A DNA stretch of 64,000 nt from an uncultured Pseudothermotoga sp. (GCA_937995655.1 CALKJI010000003.1:41337-105336); one strand, 5' to 3'; shown: positions 24,083-34,100, counted from the stretch's first letter. Notes: generated by a model from the sequence alone, not told the origin. Made by a program: numbers and translations.

Positions 24083-25707
24083 AAAAAATCGGTTGGATAT
24101 TGTCAATAACCATAAGCTTGTTTGTTGGATTCTATTACAAGCCAGTGCCACCTGGCGCGATAGATGTACTTTTTACACTTTATGCGGTGCTCGTTGCCTC
24201 TCTCTTGGCCAGTAACTTGAACTTCATGATGATCCTTTTCACAGCATTACCATATATTCTTTATACCCAAGGTACCTTTTCTCCGTTCCTGGTAGCTCTT
24301 GGCGTGCTACTACAGATTGGAAGGATAGGTTTAGGAAAAAGGATATACCAAGCACTCATATTTTTTGCAACAATTGCTATTTCTAACATCTTGGCATCGA
24401 TTTTCAGCGACCTGTATCTCCAATTGCTGGCATTTTCATTATCGGCAATCCTTTTAAACCTGATCTTGACTTACCTTTCAGGTGAAGGAATCTTTATTGG
24501 CTTTGACGATACTATCTACGCTTTGTTTATTATCTTACTGACAACAATCTTTGCAACTTTGAGGTCTTCCTTTGTTCCCATCTTTGTATTATTGATATAT
24601 CCTGTAGGACTACTGATGTATTTGAAGGTTCTTTCTAACAAGCGCACTTTGAAACTCTATGAGTCAGAGTACAAAAGGTTTCAACAGTTCAGAGAAAAAC
24701 TTGCTACCTTAATAGATATGACAAATACTGTTGCACAAAAGAGTACTGTTCATGAAAGTCTTTCAATGGTTGCCAAAAACGTGAGTGAGATCACCGGATA
24801 TCAATATGTGTTGATAAACATACTGGACAGGGAAAACAATAGAATATTTAGAGCAGCCCATCATGGACTGAGTCAGAGTGAATTTGAAAGACTCAGATCT
24901 AACCCTCCACCCGTTGAATACATTTCTAAATTCATGCAGGAGCGTTTTAGGATAAGCAACTCTTACTTTGTCCCTGAAGGTGCGCTAGAATTACCCGCCG
25001 AGTATGTAGCAACGCTTTTGAAATCTCCTTCAAATCTCACTGAATCCGATGCATGGAAACCTGATGATATGCTCATAATTCCTGTTTACAATCCCAGTCA
25101 AGATTTGGTTGGATATATCTCTGTCGATGCACCTATTCATGGAAAGAGACCTTCTATTGAAGATGTTCAAATAATGGAGTTGATCGCAAGTCAGGTTTAC
25201 AAGTTGCTGGAACGCTCTGAAGTTTATCAGAGCATGGTACTTCGCCAACCTTACGACCGACACACGCTGCTTCTCACCCACTCTGCCTTTCTAGGAGCCC
25301 TTGAATCGGAATGCCAAAAGGGTCAACCCTTCGCGGTAGCAATAATAGACATAGATGATCTATCAAAGATAAACTTGCAATATGGTCACGAGGTTGGAGA
25401 TAGAATTATAGAAAAAATAGCAGAGATCCTCAGAAACAGAACAAGAAAATCAGATATTGCTTCACGGTATGGTGGTGAAGAGTTCGCAATCATACTGAGA
25501 AATGTTTCCAAGTCTAAGGCAATCGAAATCACCGACAGAATTTTAGATGAAATTAGAAAAATTGAAGAAACTGTGAAGGTCACCGCAAGCGCCGGTATCG
25601 GTGTCTTCCCAGACCATGGAAGTGATTACAGAGAAATCATAAAATCCGCGCTCAAAGCACTCGAGATAGCAAAGAAATCTGGTAAAGACAGGCTCATGGT
25701 ACTTTGA
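24070..25707 (+). CDS. Membrane GAF-GGDEF diguanylate cyclase
   Basis: About six N-terminal TMs; GAF (LIIPVYNP...VGYISVD); RKSD I-site and GGEEF. Confidence 0.88.
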   Translation: MVFLKKIGWILSITISLFVGFYYKPVPPGAIDVLFTLYAVLVASLLASNLNFMMILFTALPYILYTQGTFSPFLVALGVLLQIGRIGLGKRIYQALIFFATIAISNILASIFSDLYLQLLAFSLSAILLNLILTYLSGEGIFIGFDDTIYALFIILLTTIFATLRSSFVPIFVLLIYPVGLLMYLKVLSNKRTLKLYESEYKRFQQFREKLATLIDMTNTVAQKSTVHESLSMVAKNVSEITGYQYVLINILDRENNRIFRAAHHGLSQSEFERLRSNPPPVEYISKFMQERFRISNSYFVPEGALELPAEYVATLLKSPSNLTESDAWKPDDMLIIPVYNPSQDLVGYISVDAPIHGKRPSIEDVQIMELIASQVYKLLERSEVYQSMVLRQPYDRHTLLLTHSAFLGALESECQKGQPFAVAIIDIDDLSKINLQYGHEVGDRIIEKIAEILRNRTRKSDIASRYGGEEFAIILRNVSKSKAIEITDRILDEIRKIEETVKVTASAGIGVFPDHGSDYREIIKSALKALEIAKKSGKDRLMVL

Positions 25708-28219
25708 GCGCATCGAGCATCAAGATTGGTTCAATCCCCAGGACCTTCAATAGCTTCCGGTCACTTGTGAAAATGATAACTTGCCTTTGTTTTGACTCGT
25801 CTTTGAGCAACTGTGCAGCCTTCTCCAGGCGAGTTTCATCAAATCTTATCAGAAAATTATCTATGATCAATGGTATAGAATCTTCAGGCTGCAATGTATT
25901 ATAAAGTGCTATCTTATAGCAAAGCAACAATTGGTCTAGTGTGGCGCGGCTGAGCGCATCGGTTATGTCTGCAAATTGATTTCTTACAAAAAATCTCACA
26001 GAAAGATCCTTTTCGACAAAGATACTCTGAGATAGATCAGTGAATCTACCAAATAGATCTTTCAAAAGCATCGAGAATTTCTCTGTGTAAGCCCCCGTTA
26101 GACGATCTAATTCGTCCTCCAAAAACTCTTTCACCTGCTTTGCCTGATCTCTGAGTTTTGAGTATGCCTCTTTTTCCAACTTCTTCAAAGAGAGCTGATG
26201 TATCTGAGCTGCAATATTCAGTGAAAGATCGATTTTAGAGATCTGCTCGTCGATTTTTCTAATTTTCTCGTCCAGATCTTCTTGCTTCCTCGATAGATCG
26301 ACCAAGGACTTCTCAACTTTCTTCTTTTGGTCTAAAAGTTGTGCCAGTTCTTGATAATCCTGTGCTAAAGCGATGAGATCTCTACCTTTGAATTTTTCCT
26401 GAATCCTGAGCACCTGGTTTATTCTGTACTGAATCTGTTCTATCTTTGAGTTTCTCTCAAAGGCCTGTTGAAGTTCTTGCAAATCCTTTATCCCAAGGGA
26501 ATTAATCTGTGAAAGATATAACGTTGACAGATGTGACCGATCCTCTTTCGCCTTTTCAAGATCACCTTTGGCCTGTTCAACAGATTGTTGAAGTAAGAAA
26601 TACTCCAGCTGTTTTCTCTCAAGATTCTCAACAAGCTCATTCAGCCTGAGTATAACACTGGGAAGGTCCCTAAGATCTCTGACTCCAAATTGTTGAAGTT
26701 CACTCAGCAACGCTGCTTCCTCTAAAGCAACCTTTTCTTTGAGTCTTTCCATTTCTTGATCTTCGCTCAACCACTTACTGTATTCCTCGTATGACTTTTT
26801 CAACTCTTCCAAACTGTTGACACCGAAAGTACTCAGAACGCGTTGAAGAGCAGACTGCTTTTTCTTTTCAATGGAACGAAATTCAAGTTGCAGTTTTATC
26901 TTCTGTTCATCTTCTTCTTCAAGCTTCTTCATAGTTCTACTGAACAGGAAAAAGAAGATACCCGAGGTCACGCCAGCGGTTGCAGAGATGTAGAACCATA
27001 CAGGATCAATCATTAATCCCAATGAAAGTGCAGCTGCAGAGAAAATCAGAGTCACAAAACTCAGAAGACGTTCCCATTTTGCACGACTCCTGTGTCTTGA
27101 GATTTCACCCTCGATGAATTGCAATTTGTTGTTTATTTGTCTCATTTCCAGTTCTATAGAAGTAGGTATCTCAGTCTCAAGGGAGCGTAGAATTCTGTCT
27201 CCCTCACGTCTGAAAATCTCCCAATTTGAGCGATATCTTTCTTTGTGTTTTTCAAGTTGCTCTAACTTGTTTTCAAGAACCCTGTAGCTCAGTTCAAAAT
27301 TCTTTATTCTCAGCTTCACCTTTTCTATATCCTCACGCCAGAAAAGCTTTTCTTGCAAGTCCTTTATCTGGTTTTCAACTTGTGAACGCTTATTGAGAAG
27401 TGTCTGAATCTTGCTCTCAAGTTCCTTACAGTTTTGTTCGGCATTCTCAATTTTCTGCCTCAATTGGACAATTTCTGTATATTTTTTCACATCGATGGTG
27501 GGCAGATGCCTTTCTACACTCAACATCTCTTGGAGTTCCTCTAATTGTTCCTTCAGTTGCTCATCGATCTCTTCTAACTCCTGTGTGATCTTGAGATTAA
27601 TATTTTCCATTTCACCAAGCAGTTCTTGTTTTCCTTTGAGAAGATCGCTCAATTCTTTCTCTACGTTAGATTTTTGTCTAACGTATTCAAAGAACCACTG
27701 TCTACGTTCCCGAAAATCTTGAACCTCTTTTTCCAAAAGCTCTATCTGCTGATCCAGACTCTTTTCAACCTCTAACAATCTCTGCTCAAACTCTGGTTGC
27801 CTCTTCAAAAGCATCGAGATCCTTTCAGCTTCTTCAAGTTGTGCCATCCTTTTCTTCAATCTTGCTATGATGGTTTCATCCGTTGGCAGCAATTCCATGA
27901 TGTCCTCTTCGTCAGAGAGCAAGGCTACTGACTCAACGTACCTTCGATCCAGTAAAGGTTGCTGAATCATGACTTCCTGGTCCTTCTCGCTCTCAACAAT
28001 CAAAGAGCCCCCGAAATCGTTGAAATCCCAGGGTTTGTAACGATGGAGTTCATCTTCTGTAAGTCCGCCAATTCCTGCCAATATAAATCTATAGAGCGTA
28101 GTTTTGCCAGACTCATTTGGGCCAAAAACGATGTTGATTCCATCTTTGAATGTTACTCTGTAGTTATGGAATTTTCCAAAACCTGCTATCTTCAAATCCT
28201 TTATTTTCAGAGTACTCAC
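25694..28219 (-). CDS. YhaN/SbcE-like (Rad50/SMC-type) ATPase with long coiled coil and central transmembrane hairpin
   Basis: IAGFGKF, Walker A GPNESGKTT, YKPW; ~650 aa coiled coil interrupted by two hydrophobic helices; C-terminal LSRATLDQ, PLIIDN...RFD..R, QVIIFTSD. Confidence 0.85.
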   Translation of the reverse strand: MSTLKIKDLKIAGFGKFHNYRVTFKDGINIVFGPNESGKTTLYRFILAGIGGLTEDELHRYKPWDFNDFGGSLIVESEKDQEVMIQQPLLDRRYVESVALLSDEEDIMELLPTDETIIARLKKRMAQLEEAERISMLLKRQPEFEQRLLEVEKSLDQQIELLEKEVQDFRERRQWFFEYVRQKSNVEKELSDLLKGKQELLGEMENINLKITQELEEIDEQLKEQLEELQEMLSVERHLPTIDVKKYTEIVQLRQKIENAEQNCKELESKIQTLLNKRSQVENQIKDLQEKLFWREDIEKVKLRIKNFELSYRVLENKLEQLEKHKERYRSNWEIFRREGDRILRSLETEIPTSIELEMRQINNKLQFIEGEISRHRSRAKWERLLSFVTLIFSAAALSLGLMIDPVWFYISATAGVTSGIFFFLFSRTMKKLEEEDEQKIKLQLEFRSIEKKKQSALQRVLSTFGVNSLEELKKSYEEYSKWLSEDQEMERLKEKVALEEAALLSELQQFGVRDLRDLPSVILRLNELVENLERKQLEYFLLQQSVEQAKGDLEKAKEDRSHLSTLYLSQINSLGIKDLQELQQAFERNSKIEQIQYRINQVLRIQEKFKGRDLIALAQDYQELAQLLDQKKKVEKSLVDLSRKQEDLDEKIRKIDEQISKIDLSLNIAAQIHQLSLKKLEKEAYSKLRDQAKQVKEFLEDELDRLTGAYTEKFSMLLKDLFGRFTDLSQSIFVEKDLSVRFFVRNQFADITDALSRATLDQLLLCYKIALYNTLQPEDSIPLIIDNFLIRFDETRLEKAAQLLKDESKQRQVIIFTSDRKLLKVLGIEPILMLDALKVP

Positions 28220-28827
28220 CCCTCACAGAAATCTGACAGATGAATTAGAAAACACAGGGCGCCCTGGGGCATTTTTTCACTCATTCTTCTTTCAAATGTA
28301 TCTTTCGGATTTCTACAGACAAAGGGAATCTTGTTACCAAACAACTTTGCCCTTTCTGCCTCAGAGGAGGTCACAAAGTTGGACAGGTAACCAATCATGC
28401 CTTCTGGAAGATTCTGTGGACTTTCCAATGACCTTGGAACCAGACCTTTGACAGAACTTTCCACTACGCGCTGCATACCATCTTCCAACAAAAGAAAAAC
28501 TGGTCTGTCTGTCAGAACCGGGTTTGAAGATAGATCTGTGTCCAATTTTTCTTTTACTGGTTGGATATTTGGTAATCTCATATCTTCCAAAAGACCATCG
28601 CTCTGGTAGATCTTCAAAGTTTTTGGAACCAATGAAAGAATCGGAACAATTTGATCTAAAAGAGCAAGATCACCAAAAAGATCTAAAGCTATATGTTCAT
28701 GGGCATCAAACCTAAGAAACTCTAGAAAGATCTGCTTTTTCACACTGGTCACATGCTCATATTCTAAAGGAAATTCAGAATCTTTCGAATCATAGAGCCT
28801 TAGACTGAGTAAATAAATCTTCTTCAT
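28216..28827 (-). CDS. Hypothetical protein, possibly a degenerate YhaO/SbcD/Mre11-like metallophosphoesterase
   Basis: Coupled to both neighbours by 4-nt overlaps. Occupies the nuclease position upstream of the YhaN-like gene and retains FGDL, but has no DxH, GNH or GHxH. Confidence 0.55.
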   Translation of the reverse strand: MKKIYLLSLRLYDSKDSEFPLEYEHVTSVKKQIFLEFLRFDAHEHIALDLFGDLALLDQIVPILSLVPKTLKIYQSDGLLEDMRLPNIQPVKEKLDTDLSSNPVLTDRPVFLLLEDGMQRVVESSVKGLVPRSLESPQNLPEGMIGYLSNFVTSSEAERAKLFGNKIPFVCRNPKDTFERRMSEKMPQGALCFLIHLSDFCEG

Positions 28828-30842
28828 GCACCCACCACCCGATTGAAATCAATCTTATATAGAGAAAAACCATAACCCTTCAGCTTACAACTCAAAGTTT
28901 TTTTTGACTCCTCCTGTCGCCAAGTTGATCCATTCCAAGACCTCACACTTTGGACATCTAAGACCACACCACAGGTCTTTTCAAGTTCAATACCTATCTC
29001 TCTTTCCTTTTCATCAAGATTGGCAACTATGATGATCGCCTCGGAATCTTTCCAATAAGAGATATTAGCTGTCTTTCCATCTTGCCACGTCAAGTATACT
29101 GGTTTGTATAGACCGTCGATGATGAACGGGGAAAATTGGCTTCTGAGGCGAACGATATCAGACAAATAGGCTATCATATCTGAATCCTTCCAATGCATGG
29201 CATAATGATCAAAGAAGGCTAACTTCCCTTGAAATTCGTTCTCACAGCTCAATGTGAACCTTCCACATGCATCGTTGTCAAGGCCAAGGTTCATGGGTTG
29301 AGTCTCCTCGATTTCTTGGCCTGAATTGATCATCAGGACTCCGTTGGGCAAGAAAGCACAAAGAAATGGTATCAGATACCTGAATCTACCCTTTTCCCTG
29401 TAAGCAATTCTTGGCGTATCTGGTGTTTCTGCGCAAGCCATGTAAGGAAGTTCCACATTTATTGACACCGACTGGACAAAGTCGTAGGTTTTTTCGTGAA
29501 CTCTTGGAAGCATCCACCAACTGTTTCCTATTATGACATCATAACCGGCCTCTTTTGCTTCTTTCGCTCTGTGCATTTCAAGTTCTTCAGCCACAAAAAC
29601 AAAAGAAGGATCATAGTCTCTTGCACTCTTGATGATCATCTGCTCAAGTTCATCTGGCAAGGCATGGCCCATATCAAGCCTTATGCCATCTATACCAAAT
29701 CTCTTTTGAAAGTATGGGATCACCGAGGCAATGTACGTCCAAAGTTCTTTATTTTGCACCTTACCTGGGAAGCGACTCGCCTTTATGACATCAAACAAAA
29801 CGTAAGGAGCTTGATCTTTTTTGATCTTTCCTTCGCTGGTTGCCGGGTGATCAAGGTACAACCTCAAGAAAGTCACATCGTCCCAGGTGGGTTGAGGATC
29901 GTTTATCCAATCTGAAAAACCAGGCGCCGTAACTAAACCAAAATGCTTTGCAATATTGTACATAAAGTTGTCCTCGTTTGACTCTTTCTTTATCTTCTCC
30001 CACTTTTCAGCATCTATAGTTTTAGGATCAAAAGTGAATTTTTGTAGATGATTCACCACCTGTTCCCGATCGTAGATCTTGCTCATATTTTCAAAGTTCG
30101 GTTGACAAAAACCAAGATCGGGAATCCTAGGTGGCTTATAATCTGCCAGCTCATCAACCTTGACCCAGTAGAACCAATCTGGATGTTCAAGAATAAGATT
30201 GCAATCTCTCGCAGCTGTCCTTGGAATAAAATCGAGTATCACCCTGATACCCAATACATGGCATGCTTCAACAAAGGCAGAAAATTCATCATCAACATCC
30301 CAACCTTCGAGTAGTGGATCATGATAAGTTGGATCTATCTTCAGAAAGTCTTTCACAGAGTATGGAGACCCGATCTCCCCCTTTTTGAAAATCTGGCTAC
30401 TCTTAGTAACTGGCAGAAGGTAAAGCACGTTGATACCAAGTTTCACAAGGTGCGGTAAAAGAGCGATCATTTTCAAGAATGTACCAGATTCACGATACCC
30501 AAGAATGTCGTCCTGTTCAAATCTTCCAAAACCCTTGTGATTGTAAGCAGTTGTGGTTCTGACCAACGAGGAGTAAATGATGGCTCCCTTGATCCAATTT
30601 CGATCTGTTATACCATTTTGCAAGCTCAAAGACTTTCGATAATCTTTCTTGCCCTGTCTTTGTTCACAGATCCAGCTGATTATGGACTCAAAGTATGAAG
30701 CTGGTTCTACGAAGACCCTTTCACCATCCACCTTTACTTCTCCATTGTATCTTTCAAAGAGCCATGCCTTTGGTATACAATAGTCGGCTTTTTTTCTTGG
30801 TTTTATCGATATGCTCTCGATCACTCTTTCATCCCCTTTCAA
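28824..30842 (-). CDS. mmtA: GH13 maltosyltransferase (Thermotoga type)
   Basis: YLLPV, SPYSVK, YHDPLLE, ILDFIPRTAARD, INDPQPTWDDVTFLRLYLDHP, DGIRLDMGHALP, AEEL, ETPDTPRI and GKLAFFDHY match my recollection of T. maritima maltosyltransferase. Confidence 0.9.
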   Translation of the reverse strand: MKGDERVIESISIKPRKKADYCIPKAWLFERYNGEVKVDGERVFVEPASYFESIISWICEQRQGKKDYRKSLSLQNGITDRNWIKGAIIYSSLVRTTTAYNHKGFGRFEQDDILGYRESGTFLKMIALLPHLVKLGINVLYLLPVTKSSQIFKKGEIGSPYSVKDFLKIDPTYHDPLLEGWDVDDEFSAFVEACHVLGIRVILDFIPRTAARDCNLILEHPDWFYWVKVDELADYKPPRIPDLGFCQPNFENMSKIYDREQVVNHLQKFTFDPKTIDAEKWEKIKKESNEDNFMYNIAKHFGLVTAPGFSDWINDPQPTWDDVTFLRLYLDHPATSEGKIKKDQAPYVLFDVIKASRFPGKVQNKELWTYIASVIPYFQKRFGIDGIRLDMGHALPDELEQMIIKSARDYDPSFVFVAEELEMHRAKEAKEAGYDVIIGNSWWMLPRVHEKTYDFVQSVSINVELPYMACAETPDTPRIAYREKGRFRYLIPFLCAFLPNGVLMINSGQEIEETQPMNLGLDNDACGRFTLSCENEFQGKLAFFDHYAMHWKDSDMIAYLSDIVRLRSQFSPFIIDGLYKPVYLTWQDGKTANISYWKDSEAIIIVANLDEKEREIGIELEKTCGVVLDVQSVRSWNGSTWRQEESKKTLSCKLKGYGFSLYKIDFNRVVGA

Positions 30843-32044
30843 AAGCTCTCAAGGTATTTTTTCTGCTCAACCGATAGTTCATCGATCTTTACATTCATGG
30901 CATTCAGTTTCATCTGAGCAACCTTTTCATCTATCTGTGTTGGGACAGAATAAACCCTCGGTTCCAGTGTCTTGGTCGATAGATAGATCAGGGACATCGC
31001 TTGAAGAGCAAAGGAAAGGTCCATTATCTCCACTGGATGGCCATCTGCAGCCGCCAAATTCACAAGCCTTCCTTCACCAATCAAAAAGAGTGTTCTTCCA
31101 TTGGGCATAACATACCCAACAACATTTGGACGGGCTTCGAACTTTTCAATGCACAAATGTTCAAGGGCTTTGACGTCTATCTCCACGTTGAAATGTCCTG
31201 CATTGGCAAGAACCGCACCGTCTTTCATCTGTAGGAATTCTTCAACAGATATAACAGATGTATTGCCAGTGACGGTAACAAAGAAGTCCCCCACCTTGGC
31301 TGCTTCCTTCATTTGCATCACTTCGAAACCTTCCATGATTGCCTCCAATGCCTTTATGGGATCGACTTCTGTTATGATGACTCTTGCACCAAGGCCTCTT
31401 GCTCTTATCGCCACACCTTTACCACACCAACCATACCCAGCCACAACAACGACCTTTCCGGCGATGGTAAGGTTGGTATTCCTCATTATACTATCCCAGG
31501 TCGACTGACCTGTACCGTAACGATTGTCAAAAAGATGCTTTGTGAAGGCATCATTTACGGCTATGACGGGTACCTTTAACTTCCCTTGGTTCTGTAATGC
31601 ACGAAGTCGCCTCAGACCTGTTGTCGTCTCTTCGGTAGCTCCTCTGAGATTTACAAGCACTTGAGGCATTTCAACGTGCGCAGTAACGGTAAGATCGGCA
31701 CCATCGTCTAATATCAGATTTGGCTTTGCTTCAAGAACACTATAGATACCTCTCATATAGAGAGTCTCATCGCTTGTACGTTTTGCAAAAACATTCAAAC
31801 CATGTTCTTTGAGTGCCTCGGCAACATCGTCCTGTGTGCTGAGTGGGTTGCTCCCAGTTATGAAAACCTCTGCACCAAGCTTTTTTAATAACAAAGCCAG
31901 GTAAGCAGTCTTCGCCTCCAGATGAATCGACATACCTACCTTCATTCCATTCAATGGCTTTTTTGTGACATATTCATTCTCAACAGAATTCAAAAGTGGC
32001 ATGAACCTACCCACCCAATCAATTTTTTTCTGACCAAGGTTCAT
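30839..32044 (-). CDS. ahcY: Adenosylhomocysteinase (SAH hydrolase)
   Basis: HLEAKTA, GSNPLSTQDD, LDDGAD, EETTTG, FDNRYGTGQS, AGYGWCGKG, NAGHF, EGRLVNLA, GHP.EIMDLSF. Confidence 0.97.
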   Translation of the reverse strand: MNLGQKKIDWVGRFMPLLNSVENEYVTKKPLNGMKVGMSIHLEAKTAYLALLLKKLGAEVFITGSNPLSTQDDVAEALKEHGLNVFAKRTSDETLYMRGIYSVLEAKPNLILDDGADLTVTAHVEMPQVLVNLRGATEETTTGLRRLRALQNQGKLKVPVIAVNDAFTKHLFDNRYGTGQSTWDSIMRNTNLTIAGKVVVVAGYGWCGKGVAIRARGLGARVIITEVDPIKALEAIMEGFEVMQMKEAAKVGDFFVTVTGNTSVISVEEFLQMKDGAVLANAGHFNVEIDVKALEHLCIEKFEARPNVVGYVMPNGRTLFLIGEGRLVNLAAADGHPVEIMDLSFALQAMSLIYLSTKTLEPRVYSVPTQIDEKVAQMKLNAMNVKIDELSVEQKKYLESF

Positions 32045-32053
32045 AGGATCACC

Positions 32054-33094
32054 TCATAAAAATTTTCTGACCAAATCTATGGCGTTTTTCGGACAAACTT
32101 CATGACAAACATAACATCTTATACACTTATTGTAATCGATAAAATACTTTGAAACTTGAACTGCTTGCGCGGGACATCTTTCCTCACATATTCTACATCG
32201 GATACACCTTCTTTTGGAAATCTTCGGAACTCTGACGATACTCCTTACAAATCTCTTCAGAAAATCTGGTACAGGCAATGCTTGGGCCGTGATGGGTAGT
32301 TCTATAGTTGAATTCCAATCACCATCTATTTCGTAGGAAGGTATCAAATGCCTTTTTTGTGCATCTTTTAAAACATAGATCATCTGAGGGTCAATAGATA
32401 ATCTTTTGCAAATCGCGTGATCTATGGCAAAGGCGTTTTCACTCACGGCAATTACTCCGAAATCTTTCAATTTACCGTTTGCTGGACCATTGCCCTCCAT
32501 TCCCACAATCCCATCTAAAACTGTGAGAACGGGATTCACAAGAAGATGGACGTCTACAAGCAAAGCGGCAAAGTTTTCATTTGTACCACACCTTATGTGC
32601 CATCCAGATTTTTCGATACCAGGTACACACCCAAAGGTATTCTTGATCCCAAGTGTTAAGATCATCTGCGAATGAGTTTTGAGTTTTGGAATGTTCACAA
32701 CCTTATTTGCCTTTAGAACCTGGGAACTTATTTTTATTTTCTTATAGACTTGACCGTCTACCTCAACAGGGTCATTGAGTTCAACTATAGGAACAGAATA
32801 TTTCTCGCAAACCTGCGCGATACCAGATTCATAGGCTGCTTTTTGGATACTCGCCGAGGCGGGACTGTCAGCAACAATGGGCTGCACTCCAAGAGATATC
32901 AGGAATTTCAAAACACCTTCTACAACGGCGGGATGTGTTGTAACTCCTTCTTGTGGTTTCCTAGCAGAAAGGATATTGGGTTTCACCAAAACCGTCTCTT
33001 GTGGTTTGAAAAGCCTTGAATAATTCTTCAGAACCGGTAGTAAGATATCTTCAACTTGATCGTATGAATTGCACTTTCTTAAAAAGACCTTCAA
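32054..33094 (-). CDS. DUF362 domain protein with C-terminal 2x[4Fe-4S]
   Basis: VLVKPN, TTHP, PKLKTH, KNTFGCVPG, LDGIVGMEGNGP; CIRCRICEERCP and CIRCYVCHEVCP. Confidence 0.9.
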   Translation of the reverse strand: MKVFLRKCNSYDQVEDILLPVLKNYSRLFKPQETVLVKPNILSARKPQEGVTTHPAVVEGVLKFLISLGVQPIVADSPASASIQKAAYESGIAQVCEKYSVPIVELNDPVEVDGQVYKKIKISSQVLKANKVVNIPKLKTHSQMILTLGIKNTFGCVPGIEKSGWHIRCGTNENFAALLVDVHLLVNPVLTVLDGIVGMEGNGPANGKLKDFGVIAVSENAFAIDHAICKRLSIDPQMIYVLKDAQKRHLIPSYEIDGDWNSTIELPITAQALPVPDFLKRFVRSIVRVPKISKRRCIRCRICEERCPAQAVQVSKYFIDYNKCIRCYVCHEVCPKNAIDLVRKFL

Positions 33095-33191
33095 AAAACC
33101 TCCTCCTCTCTTTGAATATTCTACTTGAATTTGGTTAACATTCGTGTTTCAACCCTCACAGAAAGGTATGATTATACCAGAGGGTGATTTG

Positions 33192-34100
33192 TTGAGAGAG
33201 ACGATTGTCAATCAGGTTTTAATGATCTTCTTTCTGATCGGTTTTGGATACTTCTTAAGAAAAATAAAGATAATGAACGACGGATTCACCAAAGGTGCAA
33301 CCGATCTAATAGTGTACGTGACACTGCCTGCAATGGTGCTCGCTTCAATGGATAGGGATTTTTCAAAGGAGTTAGCCTCAAACGGCATGATGATCTTTCT
33401 CTTTGGTGCCTTGATGTATTCAGTTCTAGCTGCTTTAGCCTTCATCTTTGTAAAGCTCAGGAAAATAAATTCACAAGATAAGGGCGTGTATCTGTACATG
33501 GTGATCTTTGGAAATGTTGGCTATCTTGGATATCCCATTGCAAAGATCGCTTTTGAGGATCTTGGAGTCTTTTATGCGGCCTTTTTCAACATATGGTTTC
33601 AAATTCTCACATGGACTTTGGGTGTGAAATTGATGTCCAAAAACAAGATAAGAATCAGTAGGTTGATCCTAAATCCTGGTCTTTCTGCAACATTACTTGG
33701 TGTGATGATCTTCTTTTTTTCTTGGGATATACCCGTTGTCTTGAAAGGAACCTTGGAGACTGTGGGAAGTATGACCGTGCCTTTGGCAATGTTCATCGTT
33801 GGAGCATTTTTGGCAGATGCGAAGCTTTCAGATTTTCTAACCAGGGTCGACCTGTACCTTGCCTCGATACTCAAGTTGGTCCTGGGCCCTGTGGTAGTTG
33901 CACTGATACTTTACAAGATCGATTTACCACTGATCATCAAATCGATTCCCATAATAATGAGTGGTATGCCTTCGGGTGTCAACACAGCTATCTTTGCCAA
34001 GATGTTCGACAGGGATTACAAATTGGCCTCTCAGGGAGTGGTACTTTCAACGGCGCTCTCCTTGATAACCCTCCCAATCTTAATGACCTTGGTACTGTGA
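33192..34100 (+). CDS. AEC (auxin efflux carrier/malate permease) family transporter
   Basis: Ten TMs; YVTLPA, FGNVGYLGYP, NPGL, MPSGVNTAIFA. Start is uncertain (33144, 33168 or 33192). Confidence 0.88.
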   Translation: MRETIVNQVLMIFFLIGFGYFLRKIKIMNDGFTKGATDLIVYVTLPAMVLASMDRDFSKELASNGMMIFLFGALMYSVLAALAFIFVKLRKINSQDKGVYLYMVIFGNVGYLGYPIAKIAFEDLGVFYAAFFNIWFQILTWTLGVKLMSKNKIRISRLILNPGLSATLLGVMIFFFSWDIPVVLKGTLETVGSMTVPLAMFIVGAFLADAKLSDFLTRVDLYLASILKLVLGPVVVALILYKIDLPLIIKSIPIIMSGMPSGVNTAIFAKMFDRDYKLASQGVVLSTALSLITLPILMTLVL

